Virus record (IMG/VR): IMGVR_UViG_3300029705_000031
DNA length: 64,000 nucleotides
Origin: a virus
Taxonomy: Duplodnaviria; Heunggongvirae; Uroviricota; Caudoviricetes
Direction: 5' to 3' (one strand)
Every line of letters begins with the position of its first letter. The first letter of the stretch is position 1. Shown here one piece after another: positions 54,999 to 63,357 of this stretch. Position numbers and translations under genes: made by a program. The notes beneath the pieces are model-generated. The model saw only the letters and a list, made by a program, of their open reading frames with translations, made no database searches and was not told where the DNA came from.

Positions 54999-55275
54999 TC
55001 AAAATCCAAAGTTTTCTTTTCTTCTTTGCTTTCAACTCATTGATAAAATCTACTTTATCAAGACTAACCATAAGTTCAGGTTTGTTTCTTCTGATTTCAC
55101 TTGTAGAAGGATAGATACCAAGTTCTACTAGAATCTTAGGCAAGAATCTTTCCTCTGTGAACAATGTCTTTTCCTTTTCAACACACTCCCAATCGTTTTC
55201 ATCTGTTGCAAATACCTCGCTAGGATCTACCAATGGCTTACCAATGACAATGTTTTCAATATACAATTTTGTCAA
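54988..55275 (-). CDS. Hypothetical protein, possible S4-like RNA-binding domain
   Basis: ILVELGIYPSTSEIRRN resembles the TyrRS C-terminal S4 motif. Confidence 0.4.
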   Translation of the reverse strand: MTKLYIENIVIGKPLVDPSEVFATDENDWECVEKEKTLFTEERFLPKILVELGIYPSTSEIRRNKPELMVSLDKVDFINELKAKKKRKLWILIGE

Positions 55276-55303
55276 CTCCTTTTTAGTATGTAACTAGATT
55301 TAG

Positions 55304-55332
55304 AATATATACTTAAAAATTCAGTAAATACA
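55304..55332 (-). promoter_or_regulatory. Early promoter TGTA-N17-TATATATT
   Basis: CTGTA-TTTACTGAATTTTTAAG-TATATATT. Confidence 0.6.
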
Positions 55333-55333
55333 G

Positions 55334-56010
55334 AAAAAAATCCATAGGTTCCATTAAAGAAACCTATGGATAAAATCGTTAAGAAATAATAAAGTTTAAT
55401 GCATCGGATAGATACTCTCCATGTTCTAACCTATAACTTTTTCTATTCTTTAAAATACATTCTTCTTCCATTTCGTAAATCCAATTATCCCAATTTGTTG
55501 CAATTAAGTCACAAAATTTGATATCAGATCCACGAAGAAAGCATCTTCCAACCCACTCTGCTTTCAAATCTTTCTTAGGAAAAACAAGAGTATATTCAAT
55601 ACCAGCATCGTCTAAAGCATCACGAATTTCTTTATGTGTACTTACAAAGATATAATCTACTTTTCCAATGTTATTCTTAATGTATTCTATATAGTTCTGA
55701 GGGAATTCAGGATTACGTTTTCTTATTACTTCATCTTTAATCTTGTTAATGTAAAATCGACTATCTAATAGATGAGGTTTAGAATCCCATCTCTTTCTCT
55801 CAATTTCAAGTTCTTCTTCAGTTCTTATTCTTTCGTGCCAACTAAAATTACTACTATCACTATCAAGAACAATAATGTCGTCTGGTCTATTATCAAAATA
55901 GTAAGTCTTCCCACAAGCAGGAAATGCAGAAATTACTTTTGTTTGCTTCATATAAACTCTCCTTTCTAAAAAAATATCCATAGGTTCTATTAAAGAAACC
56001 TATGGATATT
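55334..56010 (-). terminator. Two near-identical terminator hairpins (55340-55372 and 55976-56008)
   Basis: ATCCATAGGTTC(C/T)ATTAAAGAAACCTATGGATA, 33 nt with 1 mismatch, each with an A-tract on the left. Confidence 0.8.
55379..55951 (-). CDS. P-loop nucleotide-kinase-like protein (start revised to MKQTK)
   Basis: VISAFPACGKT Walker A; LDSDSS; YIFVSTHKEIRDAL. Confidence 0.7.
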   Translation of the reverse strand: MKQTKVISAFPACGKTYYFDNRPDDIIVLDSDSSNFSWHERIRTEEELEIERKRWDSKPHLLDSRFYINKIKDEVIRKRNPEFPQNYIEYIKNNIGKVDYIFVSTHKEIRDALDDAGIEYTLVFPKKDLKAEWVGRCFLRGSDIKFCDLIATNWDNWIYEMEEECILKNRKSYRLEHGEYLSDALNFIIS

Positions 56011-56018
56011 CAAAATTC

Positions 56019-56435
56019 TTACTTATTCATCTTAGCTTCTAGTTCAGCCATTTCAGCCTGATACTTAATCTTTTCTCTCTTAGCATTCTCAGAGATAGCC
56101 ATTAGAATCAGATCATTGATCTGAATAAAATCACTGCAAGTTTCATAGTCATTGTCATTCTTAAAGTTCTTCTGACTGTAATCAGTTACATTAGGCTCAA
56201 TACACCAGAACTTACCTACCACATTACTATAACAAGGAATAATTTTACAGAATCTAATCTGAGGCATATTTCTCTGTAGCTGTGCTGCATAAATGATAGC
56301 AGCATCTTCACTATAGAATACTAGATGTCTTCCTTCTTCGTCTACTAGATTATTAACTGCCTTAGATAGATAATCCTGTAGTTCCTCATCAGACATTGTA
56401 GTAATGCTTTCAATTGTTAGTTCTTCGTAATTCAT
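56019..56435 (-). CDS. Hypothetical protein
   Basis: 138 aa, RBS AAGGAG. Confidence 0.7.
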   Translation of the reverse strand: MNYEELTIESITTMSDEELQDYLSKAVNNLVDEEGRHLVFYSEDAAIIYAAQLQRNMPQIRFCKIIPCYSNVVGKFWCIEPNVTDYSQKNFKNDNDYETCSDFIQINDLILMAISENAKREKIKYQAEMAELEAKMNK

Positions 56436-56453
56436 AGTTATATAACACTCCTT

Positions 56454-56633
56454 TTATCTAAACTTTTTACAAGTATTCTTTGCCTTATTTTTATATCTAG
56501 AGCAGAAACCATCATCATTATCATCACAATCATAATTTCTACATTTCTCATATTGACTGGACTTATGTTTATTGTTCTTAGTAAAGGTATACTCTTCTTC
56601 ATAAAATGAATCTTGCTTTCTAGACTTTCCCAT
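56454..56633 (-). CDS. Small Cys-containing basic protein (59 aa, absent from the ORF track)
   Basis: MGKSRKQDSFYEEE..KCRNYDC..FCSRY..TCKKFR. Confidence 0.5.
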   Translation of the reverse strand: MGKSRKQDSFYEEEYTFTKNNKHKSSQYEKCRNYDCDDNDDGFCSRYKNKAKNTCKKFR

Positions 56634-56660
56634 TTACGCTTCTTCCTTTTCTTTTGTATT

Positions 56661-57425
56661 TTAGATTAAAATAGAAATTAGTGGTACAATAAAATTGATA
56701 TAGTTGTAAGATATATCAATCTGGTCTAAAAATTCTTCTGCTATTTCATCTAAGTATAGAACATATCGTGCATATCGTTCTAACAACTTAAATGAATTAT
56801 TTGGATTAATTTCTCTATAGTATTCTACAGGTAGTTTTCTCTCCAAATACTCAATACGTAACTTTTGTAAATTTCTAAAAATTAGTTGTCTATTAGATTT
56901 TTCATTTAGTTTTATGATGTTACAAATATGTTTTAATAATGGATGTTCTTTATCTGTAGCACCTTTGATATCAAAATTATCATTCCAAACTGAATAATAG
57001 AATTCTAGTTTATTCAAATAACAATAAGAACTATATCTATTTTTCATAGAAAATTCAATGTTATCACCTATTTTAAGATTTTTACATTGTTTCTTTATGA
57101 TAAACATAGCATCTTTTTTAATAGATAAGATATCTTCATTTTCTATTTCATTTAGCTCACAAAATTCTAGTCTAGCCTTTCTAAAAGCATTCATCATATT
57201 ATCAGCTAGTTTTTTGTTATCTCTTTGTAACTTACCAATTTCAATAGTTCTTTCTTGTTTAGTAAAGTTCTGTTCTAGATAATCAATCTTAGATTGTTTT
57301 AATAAACCATATTCTTTAATTAGATTAAAACCAGCTTCTCGCATATCATACTCACGAATTATAGATTTCATTAATCCTATATCACTATTTGTATAGATAT
57401 GCTGATTTGCTAAAGTTGCAGACAT
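56661..57425 (-). CDS. Split family-B DNA polymerase palm subunit (phiKZ/AR9 type)
   Basis: IREYDMREAG (motif A-like) and ILSIKKDAMF (motif C-like). Confidence 0.65.
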   Translation of the reverse strand: MSATLANQHIYTNSDIGLMKSIIREYDMREAGFNLIKEYGLLKQSKIDYLEQNFTKQERTIEIGKLQRDNKKLADNMMNAFRKARLEFCELNEIENEDILSIKKDAMFIIKKQCKNLKIGDNIEFSMKNRYSSYCYLNKLEFYYSVWNDNFDIKGATDKEHPLLKHICNIIKLNEKSNRQLIFRNLQKLRIEYLERKLPVEYYREINPNNSFKLLERYARYVLYLDEIAEEFLDQIDISYNYINFIVPLISILI

Positions 57426-57427
57426 GA

Positions 57428-57655
57428 TTAAATACCAAGATTTTTCTGAGGGTCATCTAGTGGTGCATGTAATGCTTTGACAATCTTAGTTGCACATTCT
57501 TCACAAAATTCTAGATTATCAAGATTATCCTTAGTCATATTATCTACTTCCACAATTCTAGGAGATACAGACATTCTATAACTAATACGATATACTTTAG
57601 CTTCTTTAAAATCGATTTCAGCTCCACATCTATCACATCTATGAAATACTGCCAT
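57428..57655 (-). CDS. Small zinc-finger protein
   Basis: RCDRCG..FCEEC. Confidence 0.7.
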   Translation of the reverse strand: MAVFHRCDRCGAEIDFKEAKVYRISYRMSVSPRIVEVDNMTKDNLDNLEFCEECATKIVKALHAPLDDPQKNLGI

Positions 57656-57673
57656 ATTAATTTCTTCCTTTCT

Positions 57674-58336
57674 TTAGTCAGCAAATGTTATAATGTCTGG
57701 AATTTCTACAAATTTACCATAGTCTTCATAACGATATATGGTAGAATAAATACATTCATTTTTATACTTTTCAAATACATTATATAGTTCTTTTCTTTCT
57801 TTTTCTAAAAATTCTTTATCTCTATTGATTCTCTTACCTTCTTTGGTAATATTCTCGTCTGTAATATCAAATAGAATCATCATTGGAATTATGAAAAGTT
57901 TTTCATCATTGATTAATTCAAATAAATCATCAATAGCGTCATAACTAGCAATTACTGTATTAATTTTACCTTTTTCAAATACAGGAATTGTACCATATTG
58001 ATTCTCACCAAAGTTATCTAGTCTAGCAATTAAAGAATCATGCATATAGTCATAGATTTCTTTATTTACAAAATAATAACCATTATCTGATTTTCCTCTA
58101 CGAGATCTAGTTGTAATCTGAGGTAATTTAGAAAAATACTTTGGATAGTATTCAACTAGACATTTTTCAAAATAAGACTTACCACTTCCAGAACATCCTG
58201 CTATAATAAGAAGATAGTTAGGCTCTTTGTTAGTTACTTTACGAGTAACTGTATCTAATAATTCATTATGATATGTGTGTTTATAGAAGATATTGGTATT
58301 AAGTATTTTACTTACATTCAACTTTTCTTCGATCAT
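57674..58336 (-). CDS. gmk: Guanylate-kinase-like protein
   Basis: GCSGSGKS, TTRSRR, YYFV, NQYGT. Confidence 0.7.
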   Translation of the reverse strand: MIEEKLNVSKILNTNIFYKHTYHNELLDTVTRKVTNKEPNYLLIIAGCSGSGKSYFEKCLVEYYPKYFSKLPQITTRSRRGKSDNGYYFVNKEIYDYMHDSLIARLDNFGENQYGTIPVFEKGKINTVIASYDAIDDLFELINDEKLFIIPMMILFDITDENITKEGKRINRDKEFLEKERKELYNVFEKYKNECIYSTIYRYEDYGKFVEIPDIITFAD

Positions 58337-59159
58337 TATTCTCACCCTTTCCTTTATACTTATTTTTAATTTCTTTTTTATATCTTTTATTTTCTAGTTT
58401 GATTTCCTTATAAGTATCTAATTTTAACTCATGAATCTTTTCTTTTATAGCTTTTTTACATAGCCTATCACAAGTATTATTAAGTATTGTTGCTAAACTA
58501 CTATTCATTTTTATTTGAGTATGTCCTTTTACCCATCCGCTATAAAGATCTAGAAAAATCAAATAATAGTTTAATTCATTCAATAATTCTCTCATCAATT
58601 CAGAATAATATAATGAGTTTGCATTTACTGTACATTTTTTAGCTACTAGTTTTATTACTTTAGGTTGTATAATGTATTCTTGTAAATTCTGAGAATCACT
58701 ACTAACTATGATTTTAGATCTTTTTAATGCTATTTTATTTTCCTTTTCATTCAAATATCTTAATCCAATTAGTAATGCTAAAATTTCAACAGTATTATTA
58801 TCTAAAAACTGTTCATAAACTTTAGTTGTTCTAAAAATTTCATTATCATTTTTATAAACGATAGTAGTTAAAGCTGATAATTTTACAGTTTGTTCTTCTT
58901 CATTTCCATAATTATATACTGCACCATCACAGTATATTGTATAGATGTCTCCATTAAATGCAGTTTTATTTTCCTTTACTATTTTAAAAAGATTAGATTT
59001 TTCCAATCGTAATTTATCAGAGTTAGTTAATAGACAATCATACCTAATAAATTCTTTATTAGTTTCTTTTCTACGAATATTGTAACCGTGGTTTTCAAAT
59101 CTTATACTATTTGTTGTTTTATCTAACATTTTAATTACATTACATTCATAAAAATCCAT
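58308..59159 (-). CDS. RNase HI-like protein (divergent copy)
   Basis: YCDGA, NNTVE, SDSQ, WVKGH, NNTCD. Confidence 0.75.
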   Translation of the reverse strand: MDFYECNVIKMLDKTTNSIRFENHGYNIRRKETNKEFIRYDCLLTNSDKLRLEKSNLFKIVKENKTAFNGDIYTIYCDGAVYNYGNEEEQTVKLSALTTIVYKNDNEIFRTTKVYEQFLDNNTVEILALLIGLRYLNEKENKIALKRSKIIVSSDSQNLQEYIIQPKVIKLVAKKCTVNANSLYYSELMRELLNELNYYLIFLDLYSGWVKGHTQIKMNSSLATILNNTCDRLCKKAIKEKIHELKLDTYKEIKLENKRYKKEIKNKYKGKGENNDRRKVECK

Positions 59160-59176
59160 TACAATTATTAATCACC

Positions 59177-59911
59177 TTACTTTCTAATTGGTAATCCATT
59201 TTCTAGTAAAAGTTCATTGATTGCTTCATTACATAAAAGGTCACATTGTACATTCATCTTATTCCATAAAGTATCTCTATCATCTTCATGACCTCTAACC
59301 CAACAAGTTAAAATTTCAAATTCTGGATTATGAAGATAGTTGTTAAAATCTTGTAATAACTCTTTATTAGATACAGGTTTACCTTCATTATTCTTCCAAC
59401 CACGTTTGATATATCCAATCATCCATTCATTGATACTCTTAATAAAGTACTGAGAATCAGAAACAAGAATTACAAATTTCTTTTCATCATTAAATCCTTG
59501 ATTTAGATAATCTAGACCATTTAATCCAGCTCTTAATTCACAATAGTTATTAGTAATATCTTCTTTAGCATCACTATAACGATGAATCTCTTTATTGTTT
59601 TTAGTAATGATAGTAGCCATACTTCCAAATACTGGTTTATTAGGGTCTTTCTTACCATTATTGTAACTGCCACCATCAGAGAAAATCATGTAAACATCTT
59701 CGTTATAAACTTCATCTTCACCTTTTAGAACTTTAAGATTTTCAGGTAATTCATCTAAGAGATGAATGTTTTCTGTATAGAAAAAGCAATCTTTGTAAGT
59801 GGTCTTTTGGGTTTGTTTGTTATAAGTTTTTGACTTAAAAGGTACGTTATGTTCTTCTAACCAAATATCCTTTGGATTAGAATTTTCAATAAGTAATTTA
59901 AAGAATTTCAT
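59177..59911 (-). CDS. rnhA: Ribonuclease HI
   Basis: FSDGG, TNNYCEL, SDSQY..W..GW..KPVSNKEL, WVRGH, NVQCD. Confidence 0.9.
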   Translation of the reverse strand: MKFFKLLIENSNPKDIWLEEHNVPFKSKTYNKQTQKTTYKDCFFYTENIHLLDELPENLKVLKGEDEVYNEDVYMIFSDGGSYNNGKKDPNKPVFGSMATIITKNNKEIHRYSDAKEDITNNYCELRAGLNGLDYLNQGFNDEKKFVILVSDSQYFIKSINEWMIGYIKRGWKNNEGKPVSNKELLQDFNNYLHNPEFEILTCWVRGHEDDRDTLWNKMNVQCDLLCNEAINELLLENGLPIRK

Positions 59912-60183
59912 ACTTTATTTAATCTCCTTTTTTCATCATAGATAGTATTAATTAACTCACGTTTAGTATTTATAATTCCACTAGAAATTTCAAAATATAG
60001 TTTTTTAATTTCGTTTTCATGTATACTCTTACAAATTGGTTTATCATTTTCATACAAAAATGTTGTTATAAGTTTTTTCTTGATATAAAAACTAGATGGA
60101 TTTAGTATTACAATCTTCTTTAAAGATAATTCTTCTATTTCTAGATTTACAAGATCTACTAATTGAGTTAGATCTGTTGGCAT
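59908..60183 (-). CDS. Hypothetical protein (paralog of 60202)
   Basis: IKKLYFEISSGII..EL. Confidence 0.65.
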   Translation of the reverse strand: MPTDLTQLVDLVNLEIEELSLKKIVILNPSSFYIKKKLITTFLYENDKPICKSIHENEIKKLYFEISSGIINTKRELINTIYDEKRRLNKV

Positions 60184-60201
60184 TATTAGTATTTTCTCCT
60201 T

Positions 60202-60453
60202 TCATTTCCATTTTAGTCCTCTATTAATTAAAACTCTATCTAGTTCAATTCTGTCTTTAATTATTCCAGTACTTATTTCAAAATGTATTTTTCTAATTAT
60301 ATATCTATTATTACTGGAACATACTACAACTACTCCATTATCATCTAATCTACATAGGTAATACTTAGTAAATTTCTTTTTAATAAAGAATTTTTTAGGA
60401 TCAAATTTAGGTTCTTTATTAAATCTTTCCATAAAATCACAGATCGTTACCAT
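60202..60453 (-). CDS. Hypothetical protein (paralog of 59908)
   Basis: IRKIHFEISTGII..EL. Confidence 0.65.
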   Translation of the reverse strand: MVTICDFMERFNKEPKFDPKKFFIKKKFTKYYLCRLDDNGVVVVCSSNNRYIIRKIHFEISTGIIKDRIELDRVLINRGLKWK

Positions 60454-60520
60454 AAAAATTTTCCTTTCATTAATTTATTACTAATGTTATAATATAAATT
60501 TATAAGAAAAATTAAAAATC

Positions 60521-60552
60521 TTCCCTTAACTCCTTTCTAAGAGTTAAGGGAA
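60521..60552 (-). terminator. Hairpin/terminator
   Basis: TTCCCTTAACTC/GAGTTAAGGGAA. Confidence 0.65.
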
Positions 60553-60564
60553 ATATATATAAAA

Positions 60565-60677
60565 ATAAAAATGAATATAAAGAAAGTGAAATAAATGTCA
60601 TAAAAGAAGGTGTTACATAACTAAATGAGGAAAAAGTTAAAAATGTGCTATTAGGGGAATTTTATATTCATTTTTAT
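60565..60677. repeat. Perfect 17-bp inverted repeat enclosing 79 nt
   Basis: ATAAAAATGAATATAAA (60565-60581) and TTTATATTCATTTTTAT (60661-60677). Confidence 0.8.
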
Positions 60678-60699
60678 CAACGAAAAAGATGCCTAAAAA

Positions 60700-61407
60700 T
60701 TAGGCAAGCTTTAGTTCATTATCTTGAGAAATGATAGTTTTTGCTTCTAGCTGATTTTCCATAATGATTTGCTGGAATTTTTTCTTTAGTATATAATTGT
60801 TTGATTGGAGTGCATTTTTTTCTGATAGTTTATTTAATGTATCTAAAGCATCAAATAGTTCTTGAGAAATATAGTCATTATAATCTTCAATGAATTTCTT
60901 TACATTACCATAAACTAAATTGAAATTAATGAAAAGTTCTCCACTATGAGCTAATTCATGAACAGTTTTAGTCAGAGGAACTAAACCTATCATATTTTCA
61001 TAGTGAATTCTCATTACTTCATTTGCTACTTCAAATGTATTAGTAGGATGAGAATAGAAGTCAGTTTGTTTCTTTAGAACAGTATCTACTATTTCATATA
61101 AATTGAAAGGATAATGATGGAATTCAATAGAAACACCCTTCATATCTTTTCCATCTACATTAGATAGGAATTTACAAGCAGTTAAATCTTGTTCTTCTTT
61201 TAAATACTTAATATATCCTCTATATTCTATAGAACTACGAACAATACTTTCTATAGATTTAATATATTTCTTTAATTTTTTCTCATCTTCAAATTCATAA
61301 AAATGGTAAGAAAATGTATCAGGTGTGCCAACATCAATTTCTACTATCTCTATATCATTCTTTTTTAATTTTTCTTTTGTAGTAGCAAGATTATTAGGAA
61401 GCTTCAT
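60700..61407 (-). CDS. HNH-like (His-Me) domain protein, paralog of 50656
   Basis: ACKFL..IEFHHYPF...GLVPLTKTVHELAH. Confidence 0.6.
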   Translation of the reverse strand: MKLPNNLATTKEKLKKNDIEIVEIDVGTPDTFSYHFYEFEDEKKLKKYIKSIESIVRSSIEYRGYIKYLKEEQDLTACKFLSNVDGKDMKGVSIEFHHYPFNLYEIVDTVLKKQTDFYSHPTNTFEVANEVMRIHYENMIGLVPLTKTVHELAHSGELFINFNLVYGNVKKFIEDYNDYISQELFDALDTLNKLSEKNALQSNNYILKKKFQQIIMENQLEAKTIISQDNELKLA

Positions 61408-61443
61408 ATTATATCACCAACTTTTTTATAAAAAATTTAATCT

Positions 61444-61968
61444 TTATTTATTTGTTGGTTGATTTTCATCTATATCAGTTCTTTTAAATGTAATGTCTCT
61501 ATTTTCAATTGCGGATCGCACAAACTTTTTAAGTTTGTTATTATTTAATTCTGTTATTGTACTTGTTATCTGATTTAGAACTAGCTCAATAATAAATTCT
61601 TTTAATGAATCTAATGTAAAGTATTTTAGTAAGAGTTTTATATATTCATCTGATAAAGAATTAAGCACTGAATCAACAATGGTGTATACTGCTTCTTCTT
61701 GATCTTCACCTTTTAAGAACTTAGTATCACTTAATTCTGTAGAAGGATTTAAAATAAGATCTTTATAAACTTTACATTTAAATCCTACAATATATGTTAG
61801 AAAAGCTATATCATCATCAAACCTATATGTAGTTTGAAGTTTCATATTTTGTAATTGACCTGATAAAGCACCTAATGAATTTTTAGTTTTTTTAAGTTTA
61901 AAAAATAGAATTAAACTTAAAACTATAAAAATACCTAACAAGGAGCTTAAGATTATTGTTAGTATCAT
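61444..61968 (-). CDS. Membrane-anchored hypothetical protein
   Basis: N-terminal TM helix, helical remainder. Confidence 0.7.
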   Translation of the reverse strand: MILTIILSSLLGIFIVLSLILFFKLKKTKNSLGALSGQLQNMKLQTTYRFDDDIAFLTYIVGFKCKVYKDLILNPSTELSDTKFLKGEDQEEAVYTIVDSVLNSLSDEYIKLLLKYFTLDSLKEFIIELVLNQITSTITELNNNKLKKFVRSAIENRDITFKRTDIDENQPTNK

Positions 61969-62070
61969 ATAATAAAATTCCTTTCTATTAAAGTATTTAT
62001 TAATAATAAGTTTTTATTAGTTTAATATATTAAAAATCTATTTTTAGTTATAATCTAATAATTTTAATAA

Positions 62071-62109
62071 AACAAAGAATTAGCATTAAAGAGTCCTATA
62101 TATAATGAA
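62071..62109 (+). promoter_or_regulatory. Late motif (AACA-AAGAAT-TA, 62071) and early core (CTATATATAATGAA, 62096)
   Basis: Both motifs upstream of 62125. Confidence 0.45.
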
Positions 62110-62124
62110 AAGAGGTACTTTATT

Positions 62125-62712
62125 ATGATATATTGGAGTCCACATCCTATTTGTGGTGATTTACCTATAATTCGTAAAGATGAAATTACAGAATTTGCAA
62201 TTGATTGTCTTATAAATGACGTAGATACTGAACAATCAACTGGTGAAATTAATGGAAATATCAACAATAAGCTAAGAAAAATTATAGATGACCACATTCA
62301 TGATTTACAATATATTTCAGAAGCATTTTATCAAGAAACGTTATATGAAAATTTTGAAAAAGATATTTGGGAACTTTATAAATATGAAATAATTCATCAA
62401 TATATGGATAATGAAAATTATTCTTTTATAATTCCATTTTATTTTATAATTTTTGATATAAGAGTTAAAAAAGAATATATACCTTACTTAATAGAAATGT
62501 TAAGAGATGGTAATGCAGCTGAAAGAGATTATGATAGTTGGGATACTATAGATACATATCATCCTATGTATTATGTAACTTTAGTTAAAAATTATAGTTC
62601 ACAACTATTCGATGAAAAAAATCATGAATTAAATGAACATTTTGTAGAAAAACATTCCGAAATAAAAAATGTTTATCCTACAGATATAATTGAAGCAGTT
62701 TTTCAATTTTAA
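62125..62712 (+). CDS. Hypothetical protein
   Basis: 195 aa; N-terminal WSPHPICGD like 5247. Confidence 0.65.
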   Translation: MIYWSPHPICGDLPIIRKDEITEFAIDCLINDVDTEQSTGEINGNINNKLRKIIDDHIHDLQYISEAFYQETLYENFEKDIWELYKYEIIHQYMDNENYSFIIPFYFIIFDIRVKKEYIPYLIEMLRDGNAAERDYDSWDTIDTYHPMYYVTLVKNYSSQLFDEKNHELNEHFVEKHSEIKNVYPTDIIEAVFQF

Positions 62713-62752
62713 ATAAAAGAGATATAGGATAAAAATCCTATATCTCTTTTAT
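62713..62752. terminator. Bidirectional terminator
   Basis: 18-bp stem ATAAAAGAGATATAGGAT/ATCCTATATCTCTTTTAT. Confidence 0.85.
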
Positions 62753-62759
62753 AATTTAA

Positions 62760-63209
62760 TTAACTATTTTCTTCAGTTGTATTTGTAATAACAGCAGTAG
62801 TTAGTACTTTATCAACAGTATCAGAAATAACTTTTTCTAAATCTATTTCTGTAGTAGCTTTATATTTGTTTAAGGTAATACCATCTAGCTCTTGGAAAAT
62901 AGACTGAATTAGATTACTAATTTGTTCATCAGTAACAGGGATTTTCTTTTTATTAGCATAATCTATTAGTTTATCAGTAACCCATTTCTTTTTCTGAGAA
63001 CCATTTAATAATTCATCTTTCATTGTTTCAGCAGCTTGCATTAAATCTTTACACTGTTTTTTGAATTTTTCATCTTTGATTAAATCAATTTTTTCATTTA
63101 AATAATTAACACCTTTTTTGATTAGATTTACTATAAACGTTACTAGAACACCTACTACTGCAACTAATAAAGCATACAGAGCATCATTAAGAATTGAACT
63201 AAAACTCAT
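62760..63209 (-). CDS. Holin, LL-H family-like (start revised to MSFSS)
   Basis: Single N-terminal TM; QAAE..GSQKKKWV..L....IPVTDEQI..LIQSIF. Confidence 0.7.
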   Translation of the reverse strand: MSFSSILNDALYALLVAVVGVLVTFIVNLIKKGVNYLNEKIDLIKDEKFKKQCKDLMQAAETMKDELLNGSQKKKWVTDKLIDYANKKKIPVTDEQISNLIQSIFQELDGITLNKYKATTEIDLEKVISDTVDKVLTTAVITNTTEENS

Positions 63210-63263
63210 ATATATCCCTTCTTTCAAGATTTTTATTTGTATTTAAAATCATAATCGTTTATA

Positions 63264-63313
63264 TATAATTTTGTTCTTCTTAACAAAAAATTATAAGAAA
63301 AAACAAAAGCATA
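63264..63313. promoter_or_regulatory. Divergent late promoter motifs
   Basis: AACA-AAATTA-TA (-, 63264-75); AACA-AAAAAT-TA (+, 63282-93); AACA-AAAGCA-TA (+, 63302-13). Confidence 0.55.
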
Positions 63314-63357
63314 ATTGTTTTTATATAAATGAAAAAATAAAGGAGGTTTATATAAGA

